From assembly GCF_050320075.1 (NCBI RefSeq), contig NZ_CP190018.1: a stretch of DNA of 64,000 nucleotides; one strand, written 5' to 3'. This stretch comes from Escherichia coli. GTDB taxonomy: Bacteria; Pseudomonadota; Gammaproteobacteria; Enterobacterales; Enterobacteriaceae. A program made the position numbers and the translations under genes. Positions within the stretch are counted from its first letter, which is position 1; each line of letters starts with the position of its first letter. Below are positions 25,920 through 36,721 of the stretch, piece after piece. The notes below the pieces were generated by a model that saw only the letters and a list, made by a program, of their open reading frames with translations, did no database searches and was not told where the DNA came from.

Positions 25920-26173
25920 AGAACCACCCTATAAAATTAAGAAGAAAATCCCCTGCTATCAATCTATGCCAAAAACGCGTCTAAGAATGCAGTCGATTTA
26001 ATAAAAATTTCCTAATTACAGTATCTGATGCATCTGTAACTCATTGTATTGAAATAAAAATATCTGATTTTGATATTTTCCATCAACATGACATATACAG
26101 AAAACCAGGTTATAACCTCAGTGTCGAAATTGATTCGTGACGGCTCTTTCACTTTATAGTTGAGGATATTACG

Positions 26174-26506
26174 ATGAAAAAAGTATTAGGCGTTATTCTT
26201 GGTGGTCTGCTTCTTCTGCCAGTTGTGAGCAATGCAGCGGATGCGCAAAAAGCAGCCGATAACAAAAAACCGGTCAACTCCTGGACCTGTGAAGATTTCT
26301 TGGCTGTGGACGAATCCTTCCAGCCAACTGCAGTTGGTTTTGCTGAAGCGCTGAACAACAAAGATAAACCAGAAGATGCGGTTTTAGATGTTCAGGGTAT
26401 TGCAACCGTAACCCCAGCTATCGTTCAGGCTTGTACTCAGGATAAACAAGCCAACTTTAAAGATAAAGTTAAAGGCGAGTGGGACAAAATTAAGAAAGAT
26501 ATGTAA
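26174..26506 (+). CDS. hdeA: Periplasmic acid-stress chaperone HdeA
   Basis: 110-aa ORF with signal peptide; recognised as HdeA. Confidence 0.95.
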   Translation: MKKVLGVILGGLLLLPVVSNAADAQKAADNKKPVNSWTCEDFLAVDESFQPTAVGFAEALNNKDKPEDAVLDVQGIATVTPAIVQACTQDKQANFKDKVKGEWDKIKKDM

Positions 26507-26621
26507 TTCCGGGAATGCGTTACATCGTACTTCCTTGCATATTGAACAGGCCGGAATATCTTCTTTAAAAGCAGCTATTCCTCCTGTTCATATATAATCT
26601 CTATATTGAATGGGTTACAAA

Positions 26622-26948
26622 ATGAATATTTCATCTCTCCGTAAAGCGTTTATTTTTATGGGCGCTGTAGCGGCTTTGTCACTGGTGAACGCACAATCTG
26701 CGCTGGCAGCCAATGAATCCGCTAAAGATATGACCTGCCAGGAATTTATTGATCTGAATCCAAAAGCAATGACACCGGTTGCATGGTGGATGCTGCATGA
26801 AGAGACAGTATATAAAGGTGGCGATACCGTTACTTTAAATGAAACCGATCTCACTCAAATTCCTAAAGTGATCGAATACTGCAAGAAAAACCCGCAGAAA
26901 AATTTGTATACCTTCAAAAATCAAGCATCTAATGACTTGCCGAATTAA
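26622..26948 (+). CDS. hdeB: Periplasmic acid-stress chaperone HdeB
   Basis: Start MNISSLRKAFIFMGAVAALSLVNA (ATG 26622) gives 108 aa; the track ORF begins 4 codons earlier. Confidence 0.9.
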   Translation: MNISSLRKAFIFMGAVAALSLVNAQSALAANESAKDMTCQEFIDLNPKAMTPVAWWMLHEETVYKGGDTVTLNETDLTQIPKVIEYCKKNPQKNLYTFKNQASNDLPN

Positions 26949-26961
26949 TGAGGTACAAGTA

Positions 26962-27000
26962 AAAAGGAGTAGCAAGTTGAGCCATCTTGCTGCTCCTTTT
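26962..27000 (+). terminator. Probable hdeAB terminator
   Basis: Hairpin aaaaggagtagcaag...cttgctgctcctttttg followed by a T-run after the hdeB stop. Confidence 0.6.
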
Positions 27001-27011
27001 TGCTTTTTTAT

Positions 27012-27659
27012 ATGACAGCAGAATTTATTATACGTCTTATACTCGCAGCAATTGCCTGTGGCGCTATTGGCATGGAAAGGCAAATGCGCGGCAAAGGAGC
27101 AGGGTTACGCACACATGTATTAATTGGCATGGGAAGCGCCCTGTTTATGATTGTTTCGAAATATGGTTTTGCTGACGTGCTGTCTTTAAATCACGTCGGA
27201 CTGGACCCCAGCCGTATTGCTGCTCAGGTGGTGACGGGCGTCGGGTTTATCGGCGCAGGTAACATTCTCGTTCGTAACCAAAATATTGTAGGTCTGACGA
27301 CGGCAGCGGATATCTGGGTGACCGCCGCCATTGGTATGGTTATTGGTAGCGGTATGTACGAACTGGGCATTTATGGTTCAGTGATGACCTTGCTGGTGCT
27401 GGAAGTCTTCCATCAATTAACCTTCCGCCTGATGAACAAAAATTACCATTTACAGCTGACATTAGTGAACGGTAATACGGTATCAATGCTCGACTGGTTT
27501 AAGCAGCAAAAAATAAAAACTGATTTAGTTTCGTTGCAGGAAAATGAAGATCATGAAGTGGTCGCCATTGATATCCAGCTTCATGCCACAACGTCGATAG
27601 AAGACCTGTTGCGATTATTAAAAGGTATGGCAGGGGTGAAAGGCGTTTCAATTAGCTAA
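27012..27659 (+). CDS. yhiD: MgtC-family inner-membrane protein YhiD
   Basis: Start MTAEFIIRLILAAIACGAIGMERQ gives 215 aa; MgtC/SapB family. Confidence 0.85.
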   Translation: MTAEFIIRLILAAIACGAIGMERQMRGKGAGLRTHVLIGMGSALFMIVSKYGFADVLSLNHVGLDPSRIAAQVVTGVGFIGAGNILVRNQNIVGLTTAADIWVTAAIGMVIGSGMYELGIYGSVMTLLVLEVFHQLTFRLMNKNYHLQLTLVNGNTVSMLDWFKQQKIKTDLVSLQENEDHEVVAIDIQLHATTSIEDLLRLLKGMAGVKGVSIS

Positions 27660-27710
27660 TCTTTATAGTTATTTATTCACAGGAGTACCAGAGCGGTACT
27701 CCTGTTGGTT

Positions 27711-28481
27711 TTAATGATCGAGGACGATCAGGGGTGAATGGCTGGCAGGATCTTTAAGTACGGTAATATCCGCGCCGTAAAGCATGGTCAGCGCCTGCTG
27801 TGTCAATACGTCCTGTGGTTTACCATTTGCGATAACCTTTCCTTTTTGCATTAATACAACACGGTCTGCATAACGCGCGGCAAGATTTAGATCGTGCAAT
27901 ACGCAGCAAACATTGAACTGCCGTTCGTGAACTAGCTGGCGTAATAAACGAAACAAGTGCTGCTGATGGTGAATATCCAGCGCCGAAGTTGGTTCATCAA
28001 GAAATAACCATTTCGGTGAGGGAGTAGGTTCCCAGAGTTGCACCAGCAGGCGCGCTAATTGCACGCGCTGTTGTTCACCACCGGATAATTGCCGATAGTC
28101 ACGGTTTGCTAACGCCTGACAGTCACATAACGCCATTATTTGTGCTGTTTCATTATCCTGATTACCAGTGCGATGCGGATGCCGCCCCATCTGGATAACT
28201 TCTTGTACGCTGAATGGAAACGCCATGTGGCTATTTTGACGCATCACGGCCCGGTGTTTCGCCAGTTCAGTAATCGACCATTCATTTAATGGCTTATTAA
28301 ACAACCGACATTCGCCGCTATCAGGTTGAAGATAGCCGGTTAACTGGCGAAGCAGCGTAGATTTTCCCGCACCATTAGGGCCGAGAATGGCAACAATTTC
28401 CCCACCGGGAAAAGTCAGCGAGACATTGTCAGTCAGACGCCGCCCCTGAAGGCTATAAACCAGATTCTGGGCGCTGATCAT
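27711..28481 (-). CDS. chuV: Haemin ABC transporter ATP-binding protein
   Basis: Track ORF trimmed to [11 protein letters not shown]; Walker [10 protein letters not shown] and LSGGEQQRV signature; start overlaps the chuU stop (ATGA). Confidence 0.85.
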   Translation of the reverse strand: MISAQNLVYSLQGRRLTDNVSLTFPGGEIVAILGPNGAGKSTLLRQLTGYLQPDSGECRLFNKPLNEWSITELAKHRAVMRQNSHMAFPFSVQEVIQMGRHPHRTGNQDNETAQIMALCDCQALANRDYRQLSGGEQQRVQLARLLVQLWEPTPSPKWLFLDEPTSALDIHHQQHLFRLLRQLVHERQFNVCCVLHDLNLAARYADRVVLMQKGKVIANGKPQDVLTQQALTMLYGADITVLKDPASHSPLIVLDH

Positions 28482-29470
28482 GTGATCCTCCGGTTGCGCA
28501 GAATCAACCACATAAAATAAGGACCGCCAAGCAGGCTGGTTAATAATCCCACGGGCATTTCTGCTGGCTGTACCAGCGTGCGGGCAAGCGTGTCTGCCAT
28601 CAGCAATAAACAGGCTCCGGCGAGGGCGGAGCAAGGGATTAGCCAGCGGTGATTTGCCCCGGTAGTCATACGAATCAGATGCGGGATCACCAGGCCAATA
28701 AAGCCGATAATGCCGCTTACCGATACGGCGGCACCAACGAGCAGTGAGCTAATCAACAGTAATTGTTGGCGTTTACGCTTTACGTTCACGCCGAGGTAAT
28801 GGGCTTCTTCATCACCAAGTTGCAGCAAATTCAGCGTTCCGGCGAGACACGTTGTTGCCATAATGGCGGGCAGAATGAAGGAACTGGCAACCAATAACGT
28901 TGGCCATTGCGCCTGACCGAGATTGCCCATCATCCACAACGTGAGTTGTCGTAGCTGTTGCTCATCGCCGATATAGCTCAGGATGCCGATCGCTGCGCCG
29001 CACAGGGCATTGATGGCGATACCGGCGAGTAACAATTGCATCATGCTGCCATCGCGATGGCGCTGCGTGATGAGAAAAATGATGGTACAGACCACTAAAC
29101 TTCCGGCGATGGCAAACACCATTTGCTCATAGAGCACCAGCACCACTGGGAAGGAGAAGGGCAGCACAATAGCAACGCCAACCATTAATGCAGAACCGCT
29201 ACTGACGCCAAGTAATCCTGGGTCAGCCATTGGGTTGCGAAAAAGCCCCTGCATAATTACCCCGGCGGTTGCCAACGCTGCACCTACCAGCACCGCCAGC
29301 AAAACCCGTGGTAGACGAATATTGAGCCAGATATCACGGTATTCCTCATCAAAAAGAGCATCAAAACTGATCCTTAACGCTCCCTGACTGGCACCGAACA
29401 GCACCAGAGCTAGCAATAATAGTGATAGCCCCATAAAGACCCTGGCGGAAGAGAGTGAATCCTTGAGCAC
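28478..29470 (-). CDS. chuU: Haemin ABC transporter permease
   Basis: 330-aa multi-TM FecCD-type permease; translationally coupled to chuV. Confidence 0.85.
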   Translation of the reverse strand: MLKDSLSSARVFMGLSLLLLALVLFGASQGALRISFDALFDEEYRDIWLNIRLPRVLLAVLVGAALATAGVIMQGLFRNPMADPGLLGVSSGSALMVGVAIVLPFSFPVVLVLYEQMVFAIAGSLVVCTIIFLITQRHRDGSMMQLLLAGIAINALCGAAIGILSYIGDEQQLRQLTLWMMGNLGQAQWPTLLVASSFILPAIMATTCLAGTLNLLQLGDEEAHYLGVNVKRKRQQLLLISSLLVGAAVSVSGIIGFIGLVIPHLIRMTTGANHRWLIPCSALAGACLLLMADTLARTLVQPAEMPVGLLTSLLGGPYFMWLILRNRRIT

Positions 29471-29518
29471 GCAAAACTCCGTTACGACATTACGGCGCGG
29501 ACATGCCGCGCCGGGGTA

Positions 29519-30142
29519 TCACGCCGGTTTCAGGTCCGGTTCAATCAGACTGTAGACCTGCTGGTTAAGTGCTGGCGCATTTGCCAGTTCATGGATATGT
29601 GCGGCGACATCGGCACGGTGAACAAAACCATGACACTCCTGATTTTGTATCCGTTGTGCTTTGCCCGTTGCCGCCCCATCAAGCAGACCGCCAGGGCGGA
29701 GAATGGCGTAATCAAGCTGGCTGGTTTGCAACCAGCTTTCCGCCAGCGTTTTTTCCCGTACCGCCTGACCAAACGCAGCCTTTGCCCGCTCCGATAAAAA
29801 CGGCCAGCTATCGCCACATCCCAAAGAGGTCACCAGAATCATGCGACTGATGCCGGCCTTTTCGGCCTCATCAATCACTGTTCTGTGTGCCAGATAATCC
29901 TGAGTTCCGCCCATTGTTGAGATGATAAGCGCATCCTGGCCAGCTGCGCGGCAAGCAGCCGCGACTACGCTGGCATCACAGGCGTCGCCTGTAAAAACCT
30001 GTACGCCTTGTTGCGCCAGTTTCGTGGCGGCATCAGCATGACGAACGACAGCAACGACCGGACGTTGTTCCGCCAGCGCCAGTTCAAGCGTTCTGGCACC
30101 CACACCTTTTCCGCCTGCGCCAAAGAGTAGCCACGGCGTCAT
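29519..30142 (-). CDS. chuY: Haem-utilisation protein ChuY (NAD(P)-binding, Rossmann-like)
   Basis: 207-aa ORF with N-terminal GxGxxG-like LFGAGGKGVG motif; position within the chu locus. Confidence 0.75.
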   Translation of the reverse strand: MTPWLLFGAGGKGVGARTLELALAEQRPVVAVVRHADAATKLAQQGVQVFTGDACDASVVAAACRAAGQDALIISTMGGTQDYLAHRTVIDEAEKAGISRMILVTSLGCGDSWPFLSERAKAAFGQAVREKTLAESWLQTSQLDYAILRPGGLLDGAATGKAQRIQNQECHGFVHRADVAAHIHELANAPALNQQVYSLIEPDLKPA

Positions 30143-30636
30143 CAGGCGTGTTCCTTTAACGATGCTGCCAGAGCATGGAAGGCGCTGACTTGTTCACTCA
30201 GGAGCTGACGATGGTCATCCCTGCCGAGGAAGATTTTCAGCATTGCGCTGCCTTCTTTGTTGAAAAAGAGAATGGATGCGGTGTCCATGCCCATAAATTT
30301 ACGTTCGATCAAGGCAATATGTGTGCAGTTTTCTGCTTTGATATGCCCGGACATGCCGTGCTTTCCGCGTAGGTTGAAATAGCCGTGGCGGTGGAAACCC
30401 GAAGGCAGTTCGCCGCTAAATTCGAGGATAACATCGGCAGTATGTACTAACGTGGTGACGTTGCCCCATTCGCAGACGGTATCCCAGACAGTATCGAATT
30501 TATCGCCTGACACTATGGTTGAGGAGGGCAGGTTTTTCACTACTTCCAGCAGTGTGGTGTTGTATTGTTCGGCTACCACCTCCAGCGTACCGTCCGGCTC
30601 CGTTTTCAAAAATTCTTGTAACGAGACATGGCTCAT
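30142..30636 (-). CDS. chuX: Haem-binding protein ChuX
   Basis: 164-aa ORF between chuW and chuY; stop overlaps the chuY start. Confidence 0.75.
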   Translation of the reverse strand: MSHVSLQEFLKTEPDGTLEVVAEQYNTTLLEVVKNLPSSTIVSGDKFDTVWDTVCEWGNVTTLVHTADVILEFSGELPSGFHRHGYFNLRGKHGMSGHIKAENCTHIALIERKFMGMDTASILFFNKEGSAMLKIFLGRDDHRQLLSEQVSAFHALAASLKEHA

Positions 30637-30648
30637 AAATCACTCCTG

Positions 30649-31986
30649 TTATGGTTTTTCACGCACAATCGCTGGCGCATTTAGTACCTGAATTAGTTCA
30701 TTAAGAGACTGCAAAATATTGCTTGCCCAGAAACGACCTTCATTAGTCAGCCGCAGGCAAGTTGACGCATCGCGGCTTAAGCCTTTTTGGTGCCATTGAG
30801 CCAGTAACGGCGCGAGTTTTTCGGCATGTGGCGTAAGTTCATCCAGCGGTACACGCGCTGTTTCAACACCTGACTGCATGGTATGACGCCATTGCGCATT
30901 ACGTTCGGCGTTACGCATGATCATCATCAGCGGTTTTTTGCCTGCCGCGACGGATTCATGCCAGGTCTGAAGATTGCGTTCGTTCATCCAGGAGTAACCA
31001 TTAATCGAACCGCCGGCTCCGGAACCAAAGGCCAGACAATCGGCACCTTGTTTAATCAGCAGGTTATAGAGATTGCGTTCGCGTGTGGTACGGCCCCAGT
31101 GGCTGTTACTGATGCAGCGCCAACCGGCATCGTCCATAAAATCACACCCTTGCAGATAAAGATCGCGACGTTCTGCCGGAGAGGGCACGGTAGTACGCCC
31201 ATTTTCCACGGCTTTGCCCAGCGGTGTATTGGGCAGGACATTGAGCGCATAGAGATCGACGCCGTCGAGACCGATATCGCGGGCAATAGCCAGATCTTCT
31301 CCCCAGGTTTGCGCATCCTGACCCGGCAGGCCAAACAGCAGGTCACAGACCACCGCAGCACGGTCACGTTTGACCAGGCTTTCCATAAACGCAATGGCGG
31401 TTGGGCCATCCGAGGTGCGGGCCATTTTCTTGCGGATTTTGCTGTTAAACGACTGGATACCAATTGAGAAGCGGTTTGCTCCTGCATCAAGACAAGCATC
31501 GATTCGCTCAGCGTCAAAATTCAGTACCCGGCCTTCGATAGTGATTTCACAATCAGGGGCCAGTGGCAGCTTTTCTCGTAATATATTGATAATTCTGGCT
31601 AAATCGTGTGCAGAAAGCGCGGAAGGCGTGCCGCCACCGAAATAGACCGCGTGGATGGGGGCAGACTGATGCAATACGCTGTCCGCTTCCATTTCTATTT
31701 CACGAATCAGGGCGTCGGTATAATGAGCACACGCATCTTCATTAAAACGGTTCTGATAAAAACCACAAAACGTGCAGTGTGTTGCACAAAAAGGAATGTG
31801 TAGATAAACCAGTCGCTTACGTGGTGATACCGTTTGATTGAGCATCTCTTGCCAGGTCTGTGCCAGTTGCTCTTTGGCAACCGGAATGGCCCCACGAAAC
31901 GGCATCATGGCGCGCCTGTCTTTAAATGGCTGATCACCGTCTAAAGCAAAATGTGGCGTGAGATCCAGGGTGTTATTTGCGTTCAT
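30649..31986 (-). CDS. chuW: Radical-SAM haem-degrading enzyme ChuW (HemN-like)
   Basis: 445-aa ORF with CxxxCxxC radical-SAM motif (CATHCTFC). Confidence 0.85.
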   Translation of the reverse strand: MNANNTLDLTPHFALDGDQPFKDRRAMMPFRGAIPVAKEQLAQTWQEMLNQTVSPRKRLVYLHIPFCATHCTFCGFYQNRFNEDACAHYTDALIREIEMEADSVLHQSAPIHAVYFGGGTPSALSAHDLARIINILREKLPLAPDCEITIEGRVLNFDAERIDACLDAGANRFSIGIQSFNSKIRKKMARTSDGPTAIAFMESLVKRDRAAVVCDLLFGLPGQDAQTWGEDLAIARDIGLDGVDLYALNVLPNTPLGKAVENGRTTVPSPAERRDLYLQGCDFMDDAGWRCISNSHWGRTTRERNLYNLLIKQGADCLAFGSGAGGSINGYSWMNERNLQTWHESVAAGKKPLMMIMRNAERNAQWRHTMQSGVETARVPLDELTPHAEKLAPLLAQWHQKGLSRDASTCLRLTNEGRFWASNILQSLNELIQVLNAPAIVREKP

Positions 31987-32005
31987 TCGTCTGATTTAAA
32001 TCCAT

Positions 32006-32920
32006 TTATTGCGGCCAAAGCTGCTGGTGTAAAGACTCAACGACATCAGCAATACGCGGACCCATTCCCAGAATCAGGTTTTGATCAACGGTGATAATGC
32101 GCTGGTTTTTCCATGCGGCAGTGTGGGTAATTCCGGCAATAGAACGTAGCCGATTAATATCGCCATCGACCATTTGTGAGGTTACGACAATCACTTCTGG
32201 ATTGGCCGCAATCAGTGATTCTGCACTGTAGCTTTTGTACTGCTGGTAGGTTGCGACGTTTTCTGCTCCGGCAAGCGAAAGAATGGCGTCCGCGACGCTG
32301 CCTTTACCGGCAACCTGTGGCGCACTTCCGCCTGCGGAGAGAATAAACATGGCTTTAACCGGGGCTTTTTTGGCCGCCACGTTTTGCTGTACTCGCTCCA
32401 GGCGTTGGTTGATCTGTGTCACCAGCGCCTCGCCTTGTTCAGGAACCTGTAGCGTTTTTGCCAGTTGGCGAATGTTGGCGTACATCTGCTCAAGGGTGGC
32501 AGGCACACGCGGCAGGGTGACGACGTTGACTTTCTGCGCTCGTAATTGGTCGAGCACAATTTGTGGCCCGGCATCCTGCCAGGTAATTACGCTATCCGGG
32601 CGAAGTGACAAAATGCCTTCGCTGCTGAGTTGTTTCCAGTAGCCAATATGCGGCAGTTTGGCGGTTTCTGGTGGATAAGATGTCGTTTCATCGACACCAA
32701 CCACGCGTTCGCCAGCGCCCATCGCGTAGATTAGCTCCGTCAGCGATCCTCCTGCGACCACGATACGTTCGGCAGCCGTTACGCTAAAAGCCCAGCTAAG
32801 AGCCAGTACTGCCGTAAACAATTTTTTTCGTTTTACCGCGGTCTTCGCGGCAGAGGCCACGGCTGAAATACATAACGTCAGTGGGGAAAAAAGAAACGGC
32901 CTGGTGATGATCCTTGGCAT
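32006..32920 (-). CDS. chuT: Periplasmic haemin-binding protein ChuT
   Basis: Track ORF 32006..32998; start placed at MPRIITRPFLF (start codon 32918-32920) because a Fur-box-like site lies at 32947-32965, inside the longer ORF; exact start uncertain. Confidence 0.75.
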   Translation of the reverse strand: MPRIITRPFLFSPLTLCISAVASAAKTAVKRKKLFTAVLALSWAFSVTAAERIVVAGGSLTELIYAMGAGERVVGVDETTSYPPETAKLPHIGYWKQLSSEGILSLRPDSVITWQDAGPQIVLDQLRAQKVNVVTLPRVPATLEQMYANIRQLAKTLQVPEQGEALVTQINQRLERVQQNVAAKKAPVKAMFILSAGGSAPQVAGKGSVADAILSLAGAENVATYQQYKSYSAESLIAANPEVIVVTSQMVDGDINRLRSIAGITHTAAWKNQRIITVDQNLILGMGPRIADVVESLHQQLWPQ

Positions 32921-32946
32921 AATATGAGAACTCTTATCAAGTTGAG

Positions 32947-32965
32947 AATGATCATGATTATCATT
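32947..32965. promoter_or_regulatory. Fur-box-like site upstream of chuT
   Basis: aatgatcatgattatcatt: near-palindromic match to the Fur consensus GATAATGATAATCATTATC. Confidence 0.6.
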
Positions 32966-33293
32966 TGAGTTATATATGAAATACAACCGTCGATTCAATA
33001 CGCACGGCGTTACAAGCGTATTTATTTTTGATTTTTATCAAGATGCTTCGTCAGCTAACGTTCTTGTTACCGACTAAATTTCAGCGCGGGAAAAGCTGAG
33101 AACCCAGAGATATCGAGGCTTGCAGAGCAAAGCGAAGAGGAAATTATCACTGTTAACGACAAAGTTTAGTGATGAGGTCATGGGGGAATAACCATAAAAA
33201 TAAAGTGGTTTTCAGGGCGCGGGATAGGTTTCATAACCCCCTGTTTATTGTGTTAATGGCGGTTAAAAAAAGCTTGATCATAAAAAATTGATC

Positions 33294-33312
33294 GATAATA
33301 ATTCTCATTATC
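33294..33312. promoter_or_regulatory. Fur-box-like site in the chuT/chuA divergent region
   Basis: gataataattctcattatc, about 16 of 19 matches to the Fur consensus, roughly 300 bp upstream of chuA. Confidence 0.55.
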
Positions 33313-33570
33313 ACGTTTGCGCTTAACAAAACACGACCATATGGATAACAAAACCATAGCATTTGCAAGGGATAACGCACAGCGCTCTTCACTCCTGATG
33401 GGGCATATCGTTTTGCCTGACAAAGAGGGCGTGCTTTTGCGTATTTGCCGAGATACCAGGCAATTTCATGGGATATAAACGCCTGTAAACTCACCCGGCG
33501 AATATTATCGCTCTGAATTTTAAATAAATTTATTTTTCGCCAGCCACCCCGGTATTAACCCAGGCAGCCA

Positions 33571-33601
33571 GCATTTTTTATTTTCCTCATGGAGAATCGC
33601 T
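33571..33601 (+). promoter_or_regulatory. Candidate FourU-type RNA thermometer in the chuA 5' UTR
   Basis: U-run (ttttttatttt) immediately upstream of the SD ggag and the ATG; FourU thermoregulation is described for shuA/chuA. Confidence 0.45.
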
Positions 33602-35584
33602 ATGTCACGTCCGCAATTTACCTCGTTGCGTTTGAGTTTGTTGGCTTTGGCTGTTTCTGCCACCTTGCCAACGTTTGCTTTTGCTACTGAAACCATGACC
33701 GTTACGGCAACGGGGAATGCCCGTAGTTCCTTCGAAGCGCCTATGATGGTCAGCGTCATCGACACTTCCGCTCCTGAAAATCAAACGGCTACTTCAGCCT
33801 CCGATCTGCTGCGTCATGTTCCTGGAATTACTCTTGATGGTACCGGACGAACCAACGGCCAGGATGTAAATATGCGTGGCTATGATCATCGCGGCGTGCT
33901 GGTTCTTGTCGATGGTGTTCGCCAGGGAACGGATACCGGACACCTGAATGGCACTTTTCTCGATCCAGCGCTGATCAAGCGTGTTGAGATTGTTCGCGGA
34001 CCTTCAGCATTACTGTATGGCAGTGGTGCGCTGGGTGGAGTGATCTCCTACGATACGGTCGATGCAAAAGATTTATTGCAGGAAGGACAAAGCAGTGGTT
34101 TTCGTGTCTTTGGTACTGGCGGCACGGGGGACCATAGCCTGGGATTAGGCGCGAGCGCGTTTGGGCGAACTGAAAATCTGGATGGTATTGTGGCCTGGTC
34201 CAGTCGCGATCGGGGTGATTTACGCCAGAGCAATGGTGAAACCGCGCCGAATGACGAGTCCATTAATAACATGCTGGCGAAAGGGACCTGGCAAATTGAT
34301 TCAGCCCAGTCTCTGAGCGGTTTAGTGCGTTACTACAACAACGACGCGCGTGAACCAAAAAATCCGCAGACCGTTGAAGCTTCTGATAGCAGCAACCCGA
34401 TGGTTGATCGTTCAACAATTCAACGCGATGCGCAGCTTTCTTATAAACTCGCCCCGCAGGGCAACGACTGGTTAAATGCAGATGCAAAAATTTACTGGTC
34501 GGAAGTCCGTATTAATGCGCAAAACACGGGGAGTTCCGGCGAGTATCGTGAACAGATAACAAAAGGAGCCAGGCTGGAGAACCGTTCCACTCTATTTGCC
34601 GACAGTTTCGCTTCTCACTTACTGACATATGGCGGTGAGTATTATCGTCAGGAACAACATCCGGGCGGCGCGACGACGGGCTTCCCGCAAGCAAAAATCG
34701 ATTTTAGCTCCGGCTGGCTACAGGATGAGATCACCTTACGAGATCTGCCGATTACTCTGCTTGGCGGAACCCGCTATGACAGTTATCGCGGTAGCAGCGA
34801 CGGCTACAAAGATGTTGATGCCGACAAATGGTCATCTCGCGCGGGGATGACTATCAACCCGACTAACTGGCTGATGTTATTTGGCTCATATGCCCAGGCA
34901 TTCCGCGCCCCGACGATGGGCGAAATGTATAACGATTCTAAGCACTTCTCGATTGGTCGCTTCTATACCAACTATTGGGTGCCAAACCCGAACTTACGTC
35001 CGGAAACTAACGAAACTCAGGAGTACGGTTTTGGGCTGCGTTTTGATGACCTGATGTTGTCCAATGATGCCCTGGAATTTAAAGCCAGCTACTTTGATAC
35101 CAAAGCGAAGGATTACATCTCCACGACCGTCGATTTCGCGGCGGCGACAACTATGTCGTATAACGTCCCGAACGCCAAAATCTGGGGCTGGGATGTGATG
35201 ACGAAATATACCACTGATCTGTTTAGCCTTGATGTGGCCTATAACCGTACCCGCGGCAAAGACACCGATACCGGCGAATATATCTCCAGTATTAACCCGG
35301 ATACCGTTACCAGCACCCTGAATATTCCGATCGCTCACAGTGGCTTCTCTGTTGGGTGGGTTGGTACGTTTGCCGATCGCTCAACACATATCAGCAGCAG
35401 TTACAGCAAACAACCAGGCTATGGCGTGAATGATTTCTACGTCAGTTATCAAGGACAACAGGCGCTCAAAGGTATGACCACTACTTTGGTGTTGGGTAAC
35501 GCTTTCGACAAAGAGTACTGGTCGCCACAAGGCATCCCACAGGATGGTCGTAATGGAAAAATTTTCGTGAGTTATCAATGGTAA
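33602..35584 (+). CDS. chuA: TonB-dependent outer-membrane haem/haemoglobin receptor
   Basis: 660-aa ORF with signal peptide, TonB-box-like N-terminus and terminal aromatic residues (VSYQW). Confidence 0.9.
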   Translation: MSRPQFTSLRLSLLALAVSATLPTFAFATETMTVTATGNARSSFEAPMMVSVIDTSAPENQTATSASDLLRHVPGITLDGTGRTNGQDVNMRGYDHRGVLVLVDGVRQGTDTGHLNGTFLDPALIKRVEIVRGPSALLYGSGALGGVISYDTVDAKDLLQEGQSSGFRVFGTGGTGDHSLGLGASAFGRTENLDGIVAWSSRDRGDLRQSNGETAPNDESINNMLAKGTWQIDSAQSLSGLVRYYNNDAREPKNPQTVEASDSSNPMVDRSTIQRDAQLSYKLAPQGNDWLNADAKIYWSEVRINAQNTGSSGEYREQITKGARLENRSTLFADSFASHLLTYGGEYYRQEQHPGGATTGFPQAKIDFSSGWLQDEITLRDLPITLLGGTRYDSYRGSSDGYKDVDADKWSSRAGMTINPTNWLMLFGSYAQAFRAPTMGEMYNDSKHFSIGRFYTNYWVPNPNLRPETNETQEYGFGLRFDDLMLSNDALEFKASYFDTKAKDYISTTVDFAAATTMSYNVPNAKIWGWDVMTKYTTDLFSLDVAYNRTRGKDTDTGEYISSINPDTVTSTLNIPIAHSGFSVGWVGTFADRSTHISSSYSKQPGYGVNDFYVSYQGQQALKGMTTTLVLGNAFDKEYWSPQGIPQDGRNGKIFVSYQW

Positions 35585-35632
35585 TCATCTGCCCCGATAT
35601 TTCGGGGCATTTATCTGGAAGGAAGAGAGACA

Positions 35633-36661
35633 ATGAACCACTACACACGCTGGCTTGAGTTAAAAGAACAAAATCCCGGAAAGTACGCGCGTGACATCGC
35701 AGGTTTAATGAATATTAGCGAAGCAGAACTGGCATTTGCACGCGTCACGCACGATGCGTGGCGGATGCGCGGCGATATCCGTGACATTCTGGCGGCGCTC
35801 GAAAGTGTTGGCGAGACCAAATGTATTTGTCGTAATGAATATGCAGTCCATGAGCAAGTTGGTGCGTTCACAAACCAGCATTTGAACGGACATGCCGGAT
35901 TGATCCTCAATCCACGCGCGCTGGATTTGCGTCTGTTTCTCAATCAATGGGCCAGTGTTTTTCACATTAAAGAAAATACGACTCGTAGCGAACGCCAGAG
36001 TATTCAGTTCTTTGATCATCAGGGCGATGCATTACTAAAAGTTTATGCCACCGACAATACCGATATGGCGGCATGGAGTGAGCTTCTGGCACGGTTTATC
36101 GCCGATGAGAATACGCCGCTTGAGTTAAAAGCCGGTGATGCGCCAGTCGTTCAAATGCGAGCCGATGCCAGTGTGGTTGAGCAAGAGTGGCGGGCGATGA
36201 CCGACGTTCATCAGTTTTTTACGTTGCTCAAGCGCCACAACCTGACGCGCCAACAGGCGTTCAATCTGGTGGCAGACGATTTGGCCTGCAAAGTATCCAA
36301 CAGTGCGTTGGCGCAAATTCTTGAATCTGCACAGCAGGATGGCAATGAAATCATGGTGTTTGTTGGCAACCGTGGCTGCGTACAGATTTTCACTGGCGTG
36401 GTAGAAAAAGTGGTGCCAATGAAAGGTTGGCTGAATATTTTTAACCCGACGTTTACTCTTCATCTATTAGAAGAGAGCATTGCTGAAACCTGGGTAACCC
36501 GTAAACCTGCTAGTGACGGTTATGTGACCAGTCTGGAATTGTTTGCCCATGATGGTACGCAGATAGCGCAACTTTATGGTCAACGTACAGAAGGCGAACA
36601 GGAGCAAGCGCAATGGCGTAAGCAAATTGCTTCGCTGATACCGGAAGGCGTTACTGCATAA
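35633..36661 (+). CDS. chuS: Haem oxygenase / haem-degrading protein ChuS
   Basis: 342-aa ORF directly downstream of chuA after a short hairpin (gccccgatatttcggggc). Confidence 0.85.
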   Translation: MNHYTRWLELKEQNPGKYARDIAGLMNISEAELAFARVTHDAWRMRGDIRDILAALESVGETKCICRNEYAVHEQVGAFTNQHLNGHAGLILNPRALDLRLFLNQWASVFHIKENTTRSERQSIQFFDHQGDALLKVYATDNTDMAAWSELLARFIADENTPLELKAGDAPVVQMRADASVVEQEWRAMTDVHQFFTLLKRHNLTRQQAFNLVADDLACKVSNSALAQILESAQQDGNEIMVFVGNRGCVQIFTGVVEKVVPMKGWLNIFNPTFTLHLLEESIAETWVTRKPASDGYVTSLELFAHDGTQIAQLYGQRTEGEQEQAQWRKQIASLIPEGVTA

Positions 36662-36721
36662 CGTATAATTAACGGGAGGTCTGGCTATTTATTGCTGGGC
36701 CTCTTTATATTAATCAATCGA

